Origin: a virus
Lineage: Duplodnaviria > Heunggongvirae > Uroviricota > Caudoviricetes
Direction: 5' to 3' (one strand)
IMG/VR virus record: IMGVR_UViG_2568526411_000004
DNA: 64,000 bases
The notes under the pieces are model-generated. The model had not been told where the DNA came from. It did no database searches and was given only the letters and a program-made list of their open reading frames with translations. Numbering within the stretch: position 1 is the stretch's first letter; each line of letters opens with the position of its first letter. Both the position numbers and the translations under genes were made by a program. This document shows positions 9,224 to 18,870 of the stretch, piece by piece.

Positions 9224-9601
9224 TTAAAGACCATGATCTGTGGTCGTAAAATCACTGTAATAAAGAGCGTTAGTGGCGGTGTCTAAATGTATTTTGGAAG
9301 TCATTTCAAAATATTCTTCACTCTCTTCGCAAACTAATTGATTATATTCGGAGTAACCGTCGGCAATAAGAGCAACCGCCTTTATTACAGCATCTATGAA
9401 CTCTTGCTTGTATTCATCTAGGCGCATAGTGGTTTGTAGCTTTAAACCCGTTTCTGCACTTGTGTAGGTGTTCATGTGCTTATCTGGTTCGCCAATGTAT
9501 ATCTCAGCGAGATAAGGTTGATCTGCGGATATTATTGCGGTCTGAGCCTTATTAGAGAAAAGCTCGTTTACTGCGCGGTATATGGTGACGATTGGTTGCA
9601 T
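9224..9601 (-). CDS. hypothetical protein
   Basis: The ATG at 9601 (MQPIVTIYRAV) follows the leader immediately; the track start at 9670 lies upstream of the leader. Confidence 0.55.
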   Translation of the reverse strand: MQPIVTIYRAVNELFSNKAQTAIISADQPYLAEIYIGEPDKHMNTYTSAETGLKLQTTMRLDEYKQEFIDAVIKAVALIADGYSEYNQLVCEESEEYFEMTSKIHLDTATNALYYSDFTTTDHGL

Positions 9602-9610
9602 TATGTTTAA

Positions 9611-9640
9611 CTCTATTTGTTTCGATAGAGTAATTTTCAC
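9611..9640 (-). promoter_or_regulatory. conserved early leader GTGAAAATTACTCTATCGAAACAAATAGAGTTAAACATA-ATG
   Basis: CTCTAT...ATAGAG inverted repeat around CGAAACAA. Confidence 0.6.
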
Positions 9641-9795
9641 AATTGAAAATAGGGGAGACAAAGGCAACATACGTTGCCTTGTGTGTTAGCCATACTGCAT
9701 GCATTGCATGCAAACGCTGATATTTACATTGGTGCTGATTGAGTTTGCTGTGCATCCAAGTAATGCAACGCACGCCAAGATTATTACTAATGGCT

Positions 9796-10014
9796 TCATG
9801 CCTTCTTGCCTCTTCCCACAAACCAATCAACCGCCTTACAGAGCATTTCGTCTTTGTGCCAATCTTCAATCACACGAGTTTCATCTCGGTCATGTGAGAA
9901 GAGCGGGCCACAGTAGTTGTTCCATGTCATGTATACATATCGCCCATCAAGTAAGCGCAATCTAAAAGTTGGAACCAGGCACACGAAACCGCCGGGCATT
10001 CTTCTGCAAGTCAT
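9796..10014 (-). CDS. small hypothetical protein
   Basis: ATGA overlap with the stop codon of the 10011-10352 gene. Confidence 0.35.
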   Translation of the reverse strand: MTCRRMPGGFVCLVPTFRLRLLDGRYVYMTWNNYCGPLFSHDRDETRVIEDWHKDEMLCKAVDWFVGRGKKA

Positions 10015-10352
10015 GCTGCTTTCTGCTCCGCTTTTTGAATCAATGTGCGGAGGCGCCAGATATACGTTTGCGAATAGCCATTGTCCGTCTTGATCGGTAT
10101 TGTTTTGAATCCGCGTGCCTCAGCTTGCGCAACTAGCTTTTTAGCTCTCTCTAAGCTGCCAATATGCTCTAACGCTGTCTTTGGCTGTGGTAACTTGCCA
10201 CTCTTGCGTAGCCTTGCAATGTTTGAGTTGATCGTTCCTACAGTTCTGTTCAGCTCCTTTGCTATTTCAGCAATTGGAGTGTTATTAGAATGTAAGGTGA
10301 TTAGCTTATTAATTTCACCTGTTGTCCAATAGCGAACCTTTGCAATGCTCAT
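10011..10352 (-). CDS. HTH DNA-binding protein
   Basis: The NTPIAEIAKELNRTVGTINSNIARLRKSG segment looks like a helix-turn-helix. Confidence 0.5.
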   Translation of the reverse strand: MSIAKVRYWTTGEINKLITLHSNNTPIAEIAKELNRTVGTINSNIARLRKSGKLPQPKTALEHIGSLERAKKLVAQAEARGFKTIPIKTDNGYSQTYIWRLRTLIQKAEQKAA

Positions 10353-10382
10353 GGCTTGCCCTCCAATGCATCAAAGCGAACT

Positions 10383-11018
10383 CTAATCTTCATTAATGAC
10401 CTCCTGAGATTTGCCAGCCGTTTTAACCACAATGGAATACACAGGCTCAAAATACTCTCGCGTTCCCTCTTCATCTCCCCATTTGTACCCACCGTAATGC
10501 AAAGCTTCCACTGTTGATTGCGGCATTTTCTTAGGAATTGCGACATACCCATCTGGAATTTGTTTTGCATTATTAATCTGTGCATACAAATCTTGTCTTT
10601 CATCAAGCAATTCAGTGATTCGATCTTGAAGTTGTCCAACTTTAAAATCTTTTGATCTGTTTAATCTTTTTTCTTCAGCCAGTTCATCTAACAAGGAATC
10701 AATTTGTCGATAAAGGTTTTTCCAGTATTTATTAGGGTTTTCGTCATGATCTTTAAGAACCTCCCTAATTAATTGTTCTATATCTTCATCTGACATAAAC
10801 TCCTTGTCACCGTTCGCTTTTTGCTCTGTAAGCTGTCTGTTAATCTCAGCGTCCAGCAAATCACGGGTTGATGGGTGGCCAACCTTCTCACCTACCAGAT
10901 ACCGCAAGCGTTCATTTTCAGCCTGCAACTCAATCAACTCGCACGGCGTACCATGTCGACCGTCATGAAAGCCTGCTTTGTACGCTGCCTCTTTTATTTC
11001 TATTTGTTCATTCATCAC
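10383..11018 (-). CDS. hypothetical coiled-coil protein
   Basis: 211-aa ORF with charged heptad-like segments. Confidence 0.5.
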   Translation of the reverse strand: MMNEQIEIKEAAYKAGFHDGRHGTPCELIELQAENERLRYLVGEKVGHPSTRDLLDAEINRQLTEQKANGDKEFMSDEDIEQLIREVLKDHDENPNKYWKNLYRQIDSLLDELAEEKRLNRSKDFKVGQLQDRITELLDERQDLYAQINNAKQIPDGYVAIPKKMPQSTVEALHYGGYKWGDEEGTREYFEPVYSIVVKTAGKSQEVINED

Positions 11019-11455
11019 ATTAAGCCTTCTACAAAATCTCTAACTTCTTCAAAAACGTCAGTTCTAATGGAGTGTTCTATGCTTACGTTTTCTTCATACA
11101 GCCTTTGCTCTTCATTGAAGCCGTCTCTGCAAAACTTGAGAACCTTCTCTAGTGCCGACATCGCTGAACTAGGAATGGGTTGAGCGTCTATACTTTCCAC
11201 GTCAACAACAATGATGTTTTGCACGTCGTAATCTCTTAGTACTTCATCCAGAAGCGATACAGTCAAATCACTTGAACCTGCAAGTATGCTAGAAAAAATC
11301 TCTATACGATCTTCATTGGATAGCGTGTTAAGCTTCTCTTCATCGCGAAAGAACGCCATGAAGTCATCACGATTAAATGTGTCAGTCTGCATTTGTTTAA
11401 CTCTTGAAAACTTTCTTAAATTAATGATATTGAAAGTTTTTTGGATATTGCGCAT
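11015..11455 (-). CDS. hypothetical protein
   Basis: 146-aa ORF whose start/stop overlaps the neighbouring gene. Confidence 0.45.
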   Translation of the reverse strand: MRNIQKTFNIINLRKFSRVKQMQTDTFNRDDFMAFFRDEEKLNTLSNEDRIEIFSSILAGSSDLTVSLLDEVLRDYDVQNIIVVDVESIDAQPIPSSAMSALEKVLKFCRDGFNEEQRLYEENVSIEHSIRTDVFEEVRDFVEGLM

Positions 11456-11491
11456 TGGGGGTTAAGTTGCCAATGCGCAAAGCTTTATGCC

Positions 11492-12118
11492 TTAACCTGT
11501 GTACGGCTCAAGTTGCACATCGAAAACTTTCATTTCGAAATCCAACTCATCTGGAGTAAAGAAGTGTTCACTGTAAAGCCGGGCAGCTTCCGCCTGTGTT
11601 TCAGCCTTAATTTGAACTATCGCTGACGCTTTAAATTGCCACGTTGGTATTTTTGGCTCTTCAAGCGTAACGGGTCTGTTTGCAAACAATTTCATGTCAT
11701 GCGATGCGTTCGAGTCATCCAAAAACTTAACTACAGTTCGGTCTTCGCTGAGTTCGACAGTTTGGAATTGATCTACTATTGCCCAGTTATGCCCATCGCC
11801 ATCAATGAGTTGAATAAGCCTAATTTCAGTTTCAGGACTAGGGCCTAGCAAATTTTTACTCCACTTGATCGTCTCTGAGCCAACGGTGCCATAATCTGCC
11901 TGTTTTAATGCCTGCCAAAGTTTCATTATTGGTCCAACCTTTGTAATGCTCACTTCATCGTATATGCCTGAGTAAAAACCTTCCTCAAGAACAATCTTAA
12001 TCGGTCCTTCCGCGTAGGTTTCATCTTCCAAATACTCACGCGCCTGTTGAAGCGTGTCGACGGTCTTTTCGCCACAACGTTGTGTGTCTTTTTCAATCCA
12101 TTTAACTAAATATGGCAT
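11492..12118 (-). CDS. hypothetical protein
   Basis: 208-aa ORF. Confidence 0.5.
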   Translation of the reverse strand: MPYLVKWIEKDTQRCGEKTVDTLQQAREYLEDETYAEGPIKIVLEEGFYSGIYDEVSITKVGPIMKLWQALKQADYGTVGSETIKWSKNLLGPSPETEIRLIQLIDGDGHNWAIVDQFQTVELSEDRTVVKFLDDSNASHDMKLFANRPVTLEEPKIPTWQFKASAIVQIKAETQAEAARLYSEHFFTPDELDFEMKVFDVQLEPYTG

Positions 12119-12194
12119 TTATCCTTCCACCTCTATCGCTTCAGGATCTATCGTCCCGTCTAAATTTGTGTTGCTTGTTTCTGTGCCTAAATCA

Positions 12195-12671
12195 TTAATC
12201 TGCTTCATTGCTCATTACCTTTTCTGCAATGCTTTTCTTCAATACCTTGCGGGCTTGTCTCATTGCGTATTTAGCTCTACTGTCACAATGATGGTTCGCT
12301 AAATAGCGGTTATCGGTTAATTTCGTATGACCTTTAACGTGTCGACATCTGAGCTTTAGTTCATACATTTTGGCGGTGTCTAATATGTGATTTAGAACAA
12401 CTGCAATGTCAGGACGAACCTTGCACTTACCGCTAAGGCAGAAGAGAACACCCTCGTTGTCTACTTGAATTAAAACCTCATCACCTTTTGAGATAAGCCC
12501 GGCATTGATAGACGCCTGCAAAGAGTTAGCTACGCCTTTAAATTCCGCCTCGTAGCTGTCTTTAACAACGCCTTTAATAATGTTCCCACCCGCACGTTTG
12601 CCTCTGTCTGACGCGCACCAGTATCCAAACCCAGCGGCGCCAGTTTTGTGACAAAGCGAGGCATCAGTCAT
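12195..12671 (-). CDS. rnh: RNase H (RNase HI-like)
   Basis: MTDASLCHKTGAAGFGYW resembles the RNase HI N-terminus (FTDGSC.GNPG); HVKGHTKLTDNRYLANHHCDSRA resembles VKGHAGHPENERCDELA. The start is set at the ATG at 12671. Confidence 0.6.
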   Translation of the reverse strand: MTDASLCHKTGAAGFGYWCASDRGKRAGGNIIKGVVKDSYEAEFKGVANSLQASINAGLISKGDEVLIQVDNEGVLFCLSGKCKVRPDIAVVLNHILDTAKMYELKLRCRHVKGHTKLTDNRYLANHHCDSRAKYAMRQARKVLKKSIAEKVMSNEAD

Positions 12672-13200
12672 TAATGTCACTAGCATAAGAGTGGTCCAAC
12701 TCTTCAAAAACAAGGTCGTCTAACTGCTCTTCTTTGAATCCAAAGTTATTAACAAGGCATTGACGAGCGGTTGCTTCATTTTTGAATATGCAAATTTGCT
12801 TTGAATCATCCAAAATGTATTCAAGACCGTTAATTGATACGCCTTCAATATGTCGACCAACACGAACAGGTGGCGCAACTTTAAATAATGGATCTGCGCC
12901 AATGAATACTTCATCAGGAATGTTGTTCCAGTTACGACGAAGAATGTCGAACTCACCTTCGTTCCAATAGTTCAAAAATTCCATTGCGTCATCGGTGCCA
13001 TCCACATTGTCACTTAATATGTATTGGATAACAGCAAGAGCCGGGTCGTTAGTGCGCTCTTTTATTTCGACGATTAGATTTTCTTTGGCGGACTTAAACT
13101 CTTCCTCAATGATTGCGTGATCTTCGAGTGGTTGACTGCCAATGTTTTCATGTGCGCGAGTGGCTGATTCAAACGCATATACAAGGTCAATTAGGCTCAT
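12664..13200 (-). CDS. hypothetical acidic protein
   Basis: 178-aa ORF. Confidence 0.5.
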   Translation of the reverse strand: MSLIDLVYAFESATRAHENIGSQPLEDHAIIEEEFKSAKENLIVEIKERTNDPALAVIQYILSDNVDGTDDAMEFLNYWNEGEFDILRRNWNNIPDEVFIGADPLFKVAPPVRVGRHIEGVSINGLEYILDDSKQICIFKNEATARQCLVNNFGFKEEQLDDLVFEELDHSYASDIND

Positions 13201-13793
13201 ACCGCTTCCTCCTCGCGTTTTTCAGCTATGCATTCTTCTAAGTGTTGAATTGCACTTACTTTTGAATCAAAAGGCCCTTGCCAACAATCATTGAAATGAA
13301 TGTCCCATTCGACCACGCCATGTTCTACAAATCTTTGAAGCTGAACCCGACCGTAAAATGGCACATCATGCGCCCACCAAATTTCGTTATCGTCGGTGCC
13401 AAATTCGATCTTAGAGTTTTGCGCCACTGCTTCAGCTTTATAGACGCCTTCAGCGTGTTTAATTAGATTTATTACAGGAGTTCCTTTTGGAAACCACGTT
13501 TGCCCAATCATGCAATCGTTTTCCAGCGTTAAAGCCTCCACGATTGGAACTGGGCCAGCTTTCAATCGCATTATTACGTCAATAACATTTTGCGAATCTT
13601 CGTCAAACTCAATCCACCCTTTGTCGTAAACTCCAAAATGGTATTGTTCGTTTTTTAAATCATTTGCCACTTGCGAATTAACAACTTCAAATCCTGTTTT
13701 TGATTTGACAAACTCTAAAAAACTTACTGTCGTGTCGTTATGTAATTTTTTTAGAGATGAAAGCACGCTATATAGCTGATAAGAATGTGACAT
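13197..13793 (-). CDS. hypothetical protein
   Basis: 198-aa ORF with an ATCGAAACATACAGG leader-like element upstream. Confidence 0.5.
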   Translation of the reverse strand: MSHSYQLYSVLSSLKKLHNDTTVSFLEFVKSKTGFEVVNSQVANDLKNEQYHFGVYDKGWIEFDEDSQNVIDVIMRLKAGPVPIVEALTLENDCMIGQTWFPKGTPVINLIKHAEGVYKAEAVAQNSKIEFGTDDNEIWWAHDVPFYGRVQLQRFVEHGVVEWDIHFNDCWQGPFDSKVSAIQHLEECIAEKREEEAV

Positions 13794-13863
13794 TTTTCGT
13801 TATCCAGTAGTTAAGTTAGGAGACGGGCTGTACATAAGCACAGCCTGTATGTTTCGATATGGA

Positions 13864-15066
13864 TTAGAAATTAACTACACGTTCGTCTTTGTTAAGGTAG
13901 CTGAAGGTCGGACTTGCCTGAACGGTCACAACCACGTCATGCTCCTTGTCAGTCAAGGTAAAGACACGCGTTTTAGGGTCAAACTCACACTTGACGTCAT
14001 TTGGTTTAACAATGCGGTGATATGGCTCAAGCTCAATAAATTTATCTTCAGCCATAAAGCCGATGCACTGTTTAGCATCGCCGTTTTCGTCTTCCCAAAG
14101 TTTGCCATCGTCGGTTTTTCGGAAACCATTAGGTCGAATCATTAAACGGAACTCAAATGTATCGTCTGTCATCATTCGTTCGATGTAGTCCGCATCAAAG
14201 TAAGTGAAGTCAAATGAATCCGAAACGTCATAACCTTTGTAGGTTGCTTCTTTTTGAAGGCGAATATCATCATAAGAAATGGTAGGTTTAATATTTAAAA
14301 ACTTGCCTAGATCGCGGACTGAAATGTTTTGACCTTCTGATTTATTAATTTCCTTAATTAAGATGGTCAACATATCCATGTTGAACATTGAGAAACGCCC
14401 TACGTATTCAAGAATTTCGTCGATGCGATCTTTGTTTATTAGTACGTCGTTTGCATATTCGCGAATGGTTGACTCGCTGATGCTGCCAAAGTGTATGTTG
14501 TAATAAACACGACCCGGACGGTTATGGAAGTACTCATAGCGCGAGCTGCGAGAATCCGCATTCATAGTGAGAATGAAAAGTGTGTGCATTGGGTACATGC
14601 CATCAAGAAGTGTTAGCATGTCATTAACTTGTTCTGGCTTGGTGTAAACCTTGTCGAACTCATCAATGAAAACAATTTTTTGTTGGTTAATTTTTTGAAG
14701 GAAGCCTTTGTAGTCATCACCGACATAGGCTTCACTTTGTAAAATGCAAATACCGCCACTTTTCACAAAATCAACGCATAGCTTTTTAGCTAATAGAGTT
14801 TTACCTGTACCCTTAAAACCTTCAAGCATGATAGTTGTGGGTATTTCTGTGCGCTCATTGAAGGTTTCCATGATGCGGTCTTGATGTTGGTAGGCGTTAC
14901 CATACGCTTTCGGAATTAATGTAAGCGGGTTGGTGATTTGAAGGTAGAAACCGAGCTTGTCATGAAAACATAAGCGGTAAAAACCAGCAGGCAAGCTATC
15001 AATAGCGACGCCACTTACATCTGGAGCTAAGTGATAAGTGTCGTTTTGGCGAAGATATTGTGTCAT
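13864..15066 (-). CDS. AAA+ ATPase
   Basis: Walker A GFKGTGKT, Walker B IVFIDEFDK, sensor 1 TMN and arginine NRPGR are present. The N- and C-terminal domains are unassigned. Confidence 0.7.
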   Translation of the reverse strand: MTQYLRQNDTYHLAPDVSGVAIDSLPAGFYRLCFHDKLGFYLQITNPLTLIPKAYGNAYQHQDRIMETFNERTEIPTTIMLEGFKGTGKTLLAKKLCVDFVKSGGICILQSEAYVGDDYKGFLQKINQQKIVFIDEFDKVYTKPEQVNDMLTLLDGMYPMHTLFILTMNADSRSSRYEYFHNRPGRVYYNIHFGSISESTIREYANDVLINKDRIDEILEYVGRFSMFNMDMLTILIKEINKSEGQNISVRDLGKFLNIKPTISYDDIRLQKEATYKGYDVSDSFDFTYFDADYIERMMTDDTFEFRLMIRPNGFRKTDDGKLWEDENGDAKQCIGFMAEDKFIELEPYHRIVKPNDVKCEFDPKTRVFTLTDKEHDVVVTVQASPTFSYLNKDERVVNF

Positions 15067-15132
15067 GGTTGCGACTCTCTGTTAAGTTAAATGTATGATA
15101 GATAAATAATTTTGGGGTTAAATGCTGGCGTC

Positions 15133-15540
15133 TCACTTTGCCAGCTTTAATTCCTCGACCACATGTTTGATTTGCTCGCATGCATATTCGCTTTGACCTT
15201 CAACCGCATGACGTAGGTGAGTGAATGCTTCCATTACTTCAGCCATTCGTTTGCGGTTTTCTCCGCGCAAGTGTCCTTGCAGTGCAAAAAGCTCTTCTGA
15301 AAGACGTTTCAAATCGCTCGAATCGATTAAATTTCCTTTGATTTCGCCTAAGTAGCCTTCAATCGCGTCTTTATCGATTACTTCGTCTTCTAAGTCTTCA
15401 ACCCGCTCAATAAGCTTTTGTTGAGTTGCGAGGCATAAGCATCCGTTAAGACGAAACTCTTCACGCGGAGTCATTGCAGAATAAATAATATGAGAGTCAT
15501 TAAAATCACTAAATAGTGACTGATCTATACATATGTTCAT
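15133..15540 (-). CDS. hypothetical protein
   Basis: 135-aa ORF; a palindromic operator lies upstream at 15598. Confidence 0.5.
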   Translation of the reverse strand: MNICIDQSLFSDFNDSHIIYSAMTPREEFRLNGCLCLATQQKLIERVEDLEDEVIDKDAIEGYLGEIKGNLIDSSDLKRLSEELFALQGHLRGENRKRMAEVMEAFTHLRHAVEGQSEYACEQIKHVVEELKLAK

Positions 15541-15597
15541 GCGCTTATCTCTTAATACGGTGAGATAAATATATAAAATACATCGCGGATTATAAAC

Positions 15598-15611
15598 AGT
15601 CAGTACTGACT
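15598..15611. promoter_or_regulatory. palindromic operator AGTCAGTACTGACT followed, in the minus-strand sense, by TTTATAAT
   Basis: Perfect palindrome. Confidence 0.65.
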
Positions 15612-15751
15612 GATCAATTGGAATTGTGATTATTTATAAAAAAATGCGTTTTAAGCGCTTTTAGATAAAAAGGGTGTAATTTATTAACCGTGACGAACAA
15701 ACGCGATATACGAGAAAATACGCGCATTAAAAAGGGCAATTTAATTGCCCT

Positions 15752-16141
15752 TTACCATGCATTCTTTGTGTTTGTGACCATTTTCTTTGGCGCTTCGACT
15801 TTAGAGGTTGTTATAGGGTTCTTTCTTTGAACGCCCTCTACATTTAAAAAGTCAAAACTTACGCGCCACTCAAGACCCGGATTGGCACTATCGCTCGTTT
15901 CAACTACCGTTGCTGTTTTGGTGTTTATTTTGGTGATGCGAACTCGTCGATTGACGCCCTTTCGGGAATCAACAAAAGTTGCATATCGCCCAACTTCAAT
16001 ACTGTAATCTATACGAGATTCTATTTCTTGCTTTACCCCTTCTTGAAGTTGGAAAAGGGCCTCTGTAGATAATTTCTTCAAAACACTTAAATTCATAATT
16101 GGCACCCGAATTTGAGGAAGGCGAACCCTCCTAATCATCAC
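15752..16141 (-). CDS. hypothetical protein
   Basis: 129-aa ORF. Confidence 0.45.
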   Translation of the reverse strand: MMIRRVRLPQIRVPIMNLSVLKKLSTEALFQLQEGVKQEIESRIDYSIEVGRYATFVDSRKGVNRRVRITKINTKTATVVETSDSANPGLEWRVSFDFLNVEGVQRKNPITTSKVEAPKKMVTNTKNAW

Positions 16142-16144
16142 TGA

Positions 16145-17098
16145 TTAAAGCTCTGGAAATAATTCGCTTTTGATCTTCATCAAAAGAAGAGAGTTTGGAT
16201 TAGGCACTAAGCGACCCTGTTCATCTTTCAAGGCAATTTTGAGCATCGGTAACATTTGCATCATCTGACCGCTCTGTGCGCTTGCAGTACCAGGAGAGTA
16301 AGGCTTTGCAAGAAGATTTGAATACAAGTTACCCGTTTTCTTTGTTGTGATATAACCGTCTTTCAACAAAACGCCAAAAGTACGATGCATAACAACATTT
16401 AATTCACCGCCATTCTTCAACCATGTGAAGAGTTGAACGATTTTTTCAGCAACCTTCTTTTGAGTCGTAATAGACGAACCTGAACCCGGACGCGCATTAA
16501 GAATGTTTAACAATTCTTGCTGTCTAGCTTTTAAAGCTTCTGGATCTTTTTCAAGTAATTCAGCATCTTCAACTTCAAGTAGAAGGTGGTCATAAGCATC
16601 GTCGCCTAATCGAGACAACAAAACAGCCGATACTTTGCTATTTTGATATGTTGTTCGATAAGTAGACGGTGAAGCTTCGCGCTGATTCTCTTGATTTTTA
16701 GCGGCTTCAGTCTCTTTTTTAGTCTTTTTAGACTTCTTTTCGACCTTCTTCTCTTCAGTGGAAACTTCTGTAACCGCTAAAGATAAGTCGAGTGCGGATG
16801 CATCAAAATCAGTATCTTCAATCAGACCTTCGAGAGTATCTTGTGGTTCAGTCGCTACTTGTTCAGTTTTAACTTCTGTTTGTGTGGCAACCTCTTCAAC
16901 TAAAGATGCATCTAATTGAAGATCTTCAATGGATAAAGCAGCGTCGTCTATGCTTGCTTCGGTCGTTTGAGCTGTAGAACCTTGACCATCAAGAACATTG
17001 ATTAAATCAGTTAAATCAGTTGTTTCATCAAAAAGCTGTTCAAGAAAAACTTCATCTTGTTGAATGTTTGCTTGAGCTGTCATGTTTACCTCATTCAT
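16145..17098 (-). CDS. hypothetical protein with ~120-aa highly acidic N-terminal region and Lys-rich linker
   Basis: 317 aa. The ATG at 17098 follows the conserved promoter and leader (TTTTTTGTCCAA...CATAAT...ATCGAAACAA). Confidence 0.6.
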   Translation of the reverse strand: MNEVNMTAQANIQQDEVFLEQLFDETTDLTDLINVLDGQGSTAQTTEASIDDAALSIEDLQLDASLVEEVATQTEVKTEQVATEPQDTLEGLIEDTDFDASALDLSLAVTEVSTEEKKVEKKSKKTKKETEAAKNQENQREASPSTYRTTYQNSKVSAVLLSRLGDDAYDHLLLEVEDAELLEKDPEALKARQQELLNILNARPGSGSSITTQKKVAEKIVQLFTWLKNGGELNVVMHRTFGVLLKDGYITTKKTGNLYSNLLAKPYSPGTASAQSGQMMQMLPMLKIALKDEQGRLVPNPNSLLLMKIKSELFPEL

Positions 17099-17125
17099 TG
17101 CGTTGTTTCGATGAATGAATTATGA
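17099..17125 (-). promoter_or_regulatory. conserved early leader TTCATTCATCGAAACAACGCA-ATG
   Basis: Leader-family member. Confidence 0.55.
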
Positions 17126-17201
17126 CTAACCGCCGTTGGACAAAAAATAGATTTTGATGGCGAGCTGCAAAGGTCGCCTTGAGCAAGATTTGGTCAACTT
17201 A

Positions 17202-17912
17202 CTAAGCGCAATTCAACTCTTCGTTTTTAAGTGGAGCATCATATGAAACGGGCTTAAACGTATTACAGCATTCGTAAATGCTTGTTGAGCCTACTGGATC
17301 TGAGATCACTAGCGTTCCATCTTGACGTTGCATGAAATTACCCGTGTGGAGGTCGGGAAATGCATCGGAATTTTGCTTCAAAAATTTAGCCATTGTTAAA
17401 AAACTCATGCTAAGCGATGGGTGATCTTTTAAATGGTCATCAAACGCCAAATCCATTAAGCAAGTGATATTTCGCTCATGGCGGTCATCAATAAAGCTAC
17501 AACCATTTAGAATGCGTAATTTTTTACAAATACGATTCACCAATGAGCGATTAGGCCCCTTAACAGGTAGCTTATGAAGTCGTTCAACCTCATACAAGTA
17601 CATCGGTACAGGCATGGTTTTGGGTTGAGTAATAGCAGTCTTGCTAATGTTTTTGCCAACAATAAATTCACCCACTTTGCCAAAGTCCCGGATAGGCCGA
17701 GTGAAATGATTACTCTCGCGAGATAGAGAGTAGGGGCCAAACAATGACTCATAACCCATAGCGTCAATACTTAGTTTTAAAACCGTATCTGAATTACCGC
17801 TTTCGTAGACACCTGAGAACTGTCCACGCGCAATCAATTTTTTCCCTTTGAGTGCGCTATGAGTGTTTCTAACCGTCTTCACGCTTTGATCGTTTAAAAT
17901 AAAAATGTTCAT
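17202..17912 (-). CDS. protein-kinase-like fold protein
   Basis: Gly-rich loop ARGQFSGVY, VLKL lysine, catalytic-loop-like DLHTGNFMQRQDG and ISDPVG (DFG-like). Confidence 0.45.
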   Translation of the reverse strand: MNIFILNDQSVKTVRNTHSALKGKKLIARGQFSGVYESGNSDTVLKLSIDAMGYESLFGPYSLSRESNHFTRPIRDFGKVGEFIVGKNISKTAITQPKTMPVPMYLYEVERLHKLPVKGPNRSLVNRICKKLRILNGCSFIDDRHERNITCLMDLAFDDHLKDHPSLSMSFLTMAKFLKQNSDAFPDLHTGNFMQRQDGTLVISDPVGSTSIYECCNTFKPVSYDAPLKNEELNCA

Positions 17913-18000
17913 ATTCTCTTAGACTTAACAAATTCAATCTATTAGATACTTTTTTAGTTGGAGACTAAACGCGAGGGGGTTATTTGCCAGTCTGGAAATT

Positions 18001-18252
18001 TCAAAATTGATGATCTAAATAATCTGCATATGCAACTGATTTTCTACTCTTTTCCATTAATAGCAGAATTATTTTACTACGCAAACTTATTGGAATAGGG
18101 CGTTCTTCCGCCATCCATTGTCTTACTCTGCTTGAGTCCACATCAATCGCGCGAGCCAATTCTGTTTGCCATTGAGTGCCGTAAAGTATCTCACCTGCCT
18201 GTTTTAACTCTTCGGGCGACATGCGAGAGGCTTCAGAATCAAGGTTATCCAT
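18001..18252 (-). CDS. Cro/YdaS-like HTH regulator
   Basis: TQWQTELARAIDVDSSRVRQWMAEERPIP matches an XRE/Cro-type HTH. The ATG at 18252 is used; the track start is a TTG. Confidence 0.55.
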   Translation of the reverse strand: MDNLDSEASRMSPEELKQAGEILYGTQWQTELARAIDVDSSRVRQWMAEERPIPISLRSKIILLLMEKSRKSVAYADYLDHQF

Positions 18253-18440
18253 GTTCAATCCTATGATTTGTCAGCCGATAAAGAAAAAGCAATTAGATTT
18301 TTCCAATTGCCTTTCCCCCAACTTAACTAAGTTATCTCATCGTTTTCCTATCTTTCGATAGGCTCGAAACAAACAAACAAGATAAAGAGAGTTTTACAAC
18401 TCATTGGATAAATATAACCGCATGAATCGCTAGGGTCAAG

Positions 18441-18716
18441 TTACAATTGGTCAATCAAATATTTGTATCGTTCAAAATTCTCAGTAGAACTTTCAAGGTC
18501 TTCGGTTAGGAAAAACCAAACTTCGTTAAATATATCCAGCTTCTTTTGAACTTCAGCCTTTATCATATGAGTAGCCATGCCGATTACAAGCAAAACCACC
18601 GCGCCTATCCAGAAAGGCGGGAAAAACAAACAAAGAAACCCAATAATCAAACATCCGTATGAAATGCGCTTAGTGTTTCTAAAGCTCTTTGTTTCGATTG
18701 ATATGTTTTCTTGCAC
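18441..18716 (-). CDS. small membrane protein
   Basis: Two hydrophobic helices. Confidence 0.4.
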   Translation of the reverse strand: MQENISIETKSFRNTKRISYGCLIIGFLCLFFPPFWIGAVVLLVIGMATHMIKAEVQKKLDIFNEVWFFLTEDLESSTENFERYKYLIDQL

Positions 18717-18870
18717 TTCTGATAAGAGGCTTTTAAATTCTTCTTCGCCTACAAGGTGTTTAAATATAATCTTTAAGCGTCATAATCACAGGTTAAATTT
18801 CAAGGACTTGGACATATATTACAATGATTCCTTCGTGACTTGAAATTTAACTTGTGGCTATTGGGCCAGA

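Noticed and set aside
9552-9965. ORFs 9552-9869 (-), 9699-9965 (+) and 10349-10639 (-)
   Set aside because: They overlap better-supported genes or the promoter region of the 9601 gene and have no RBS.
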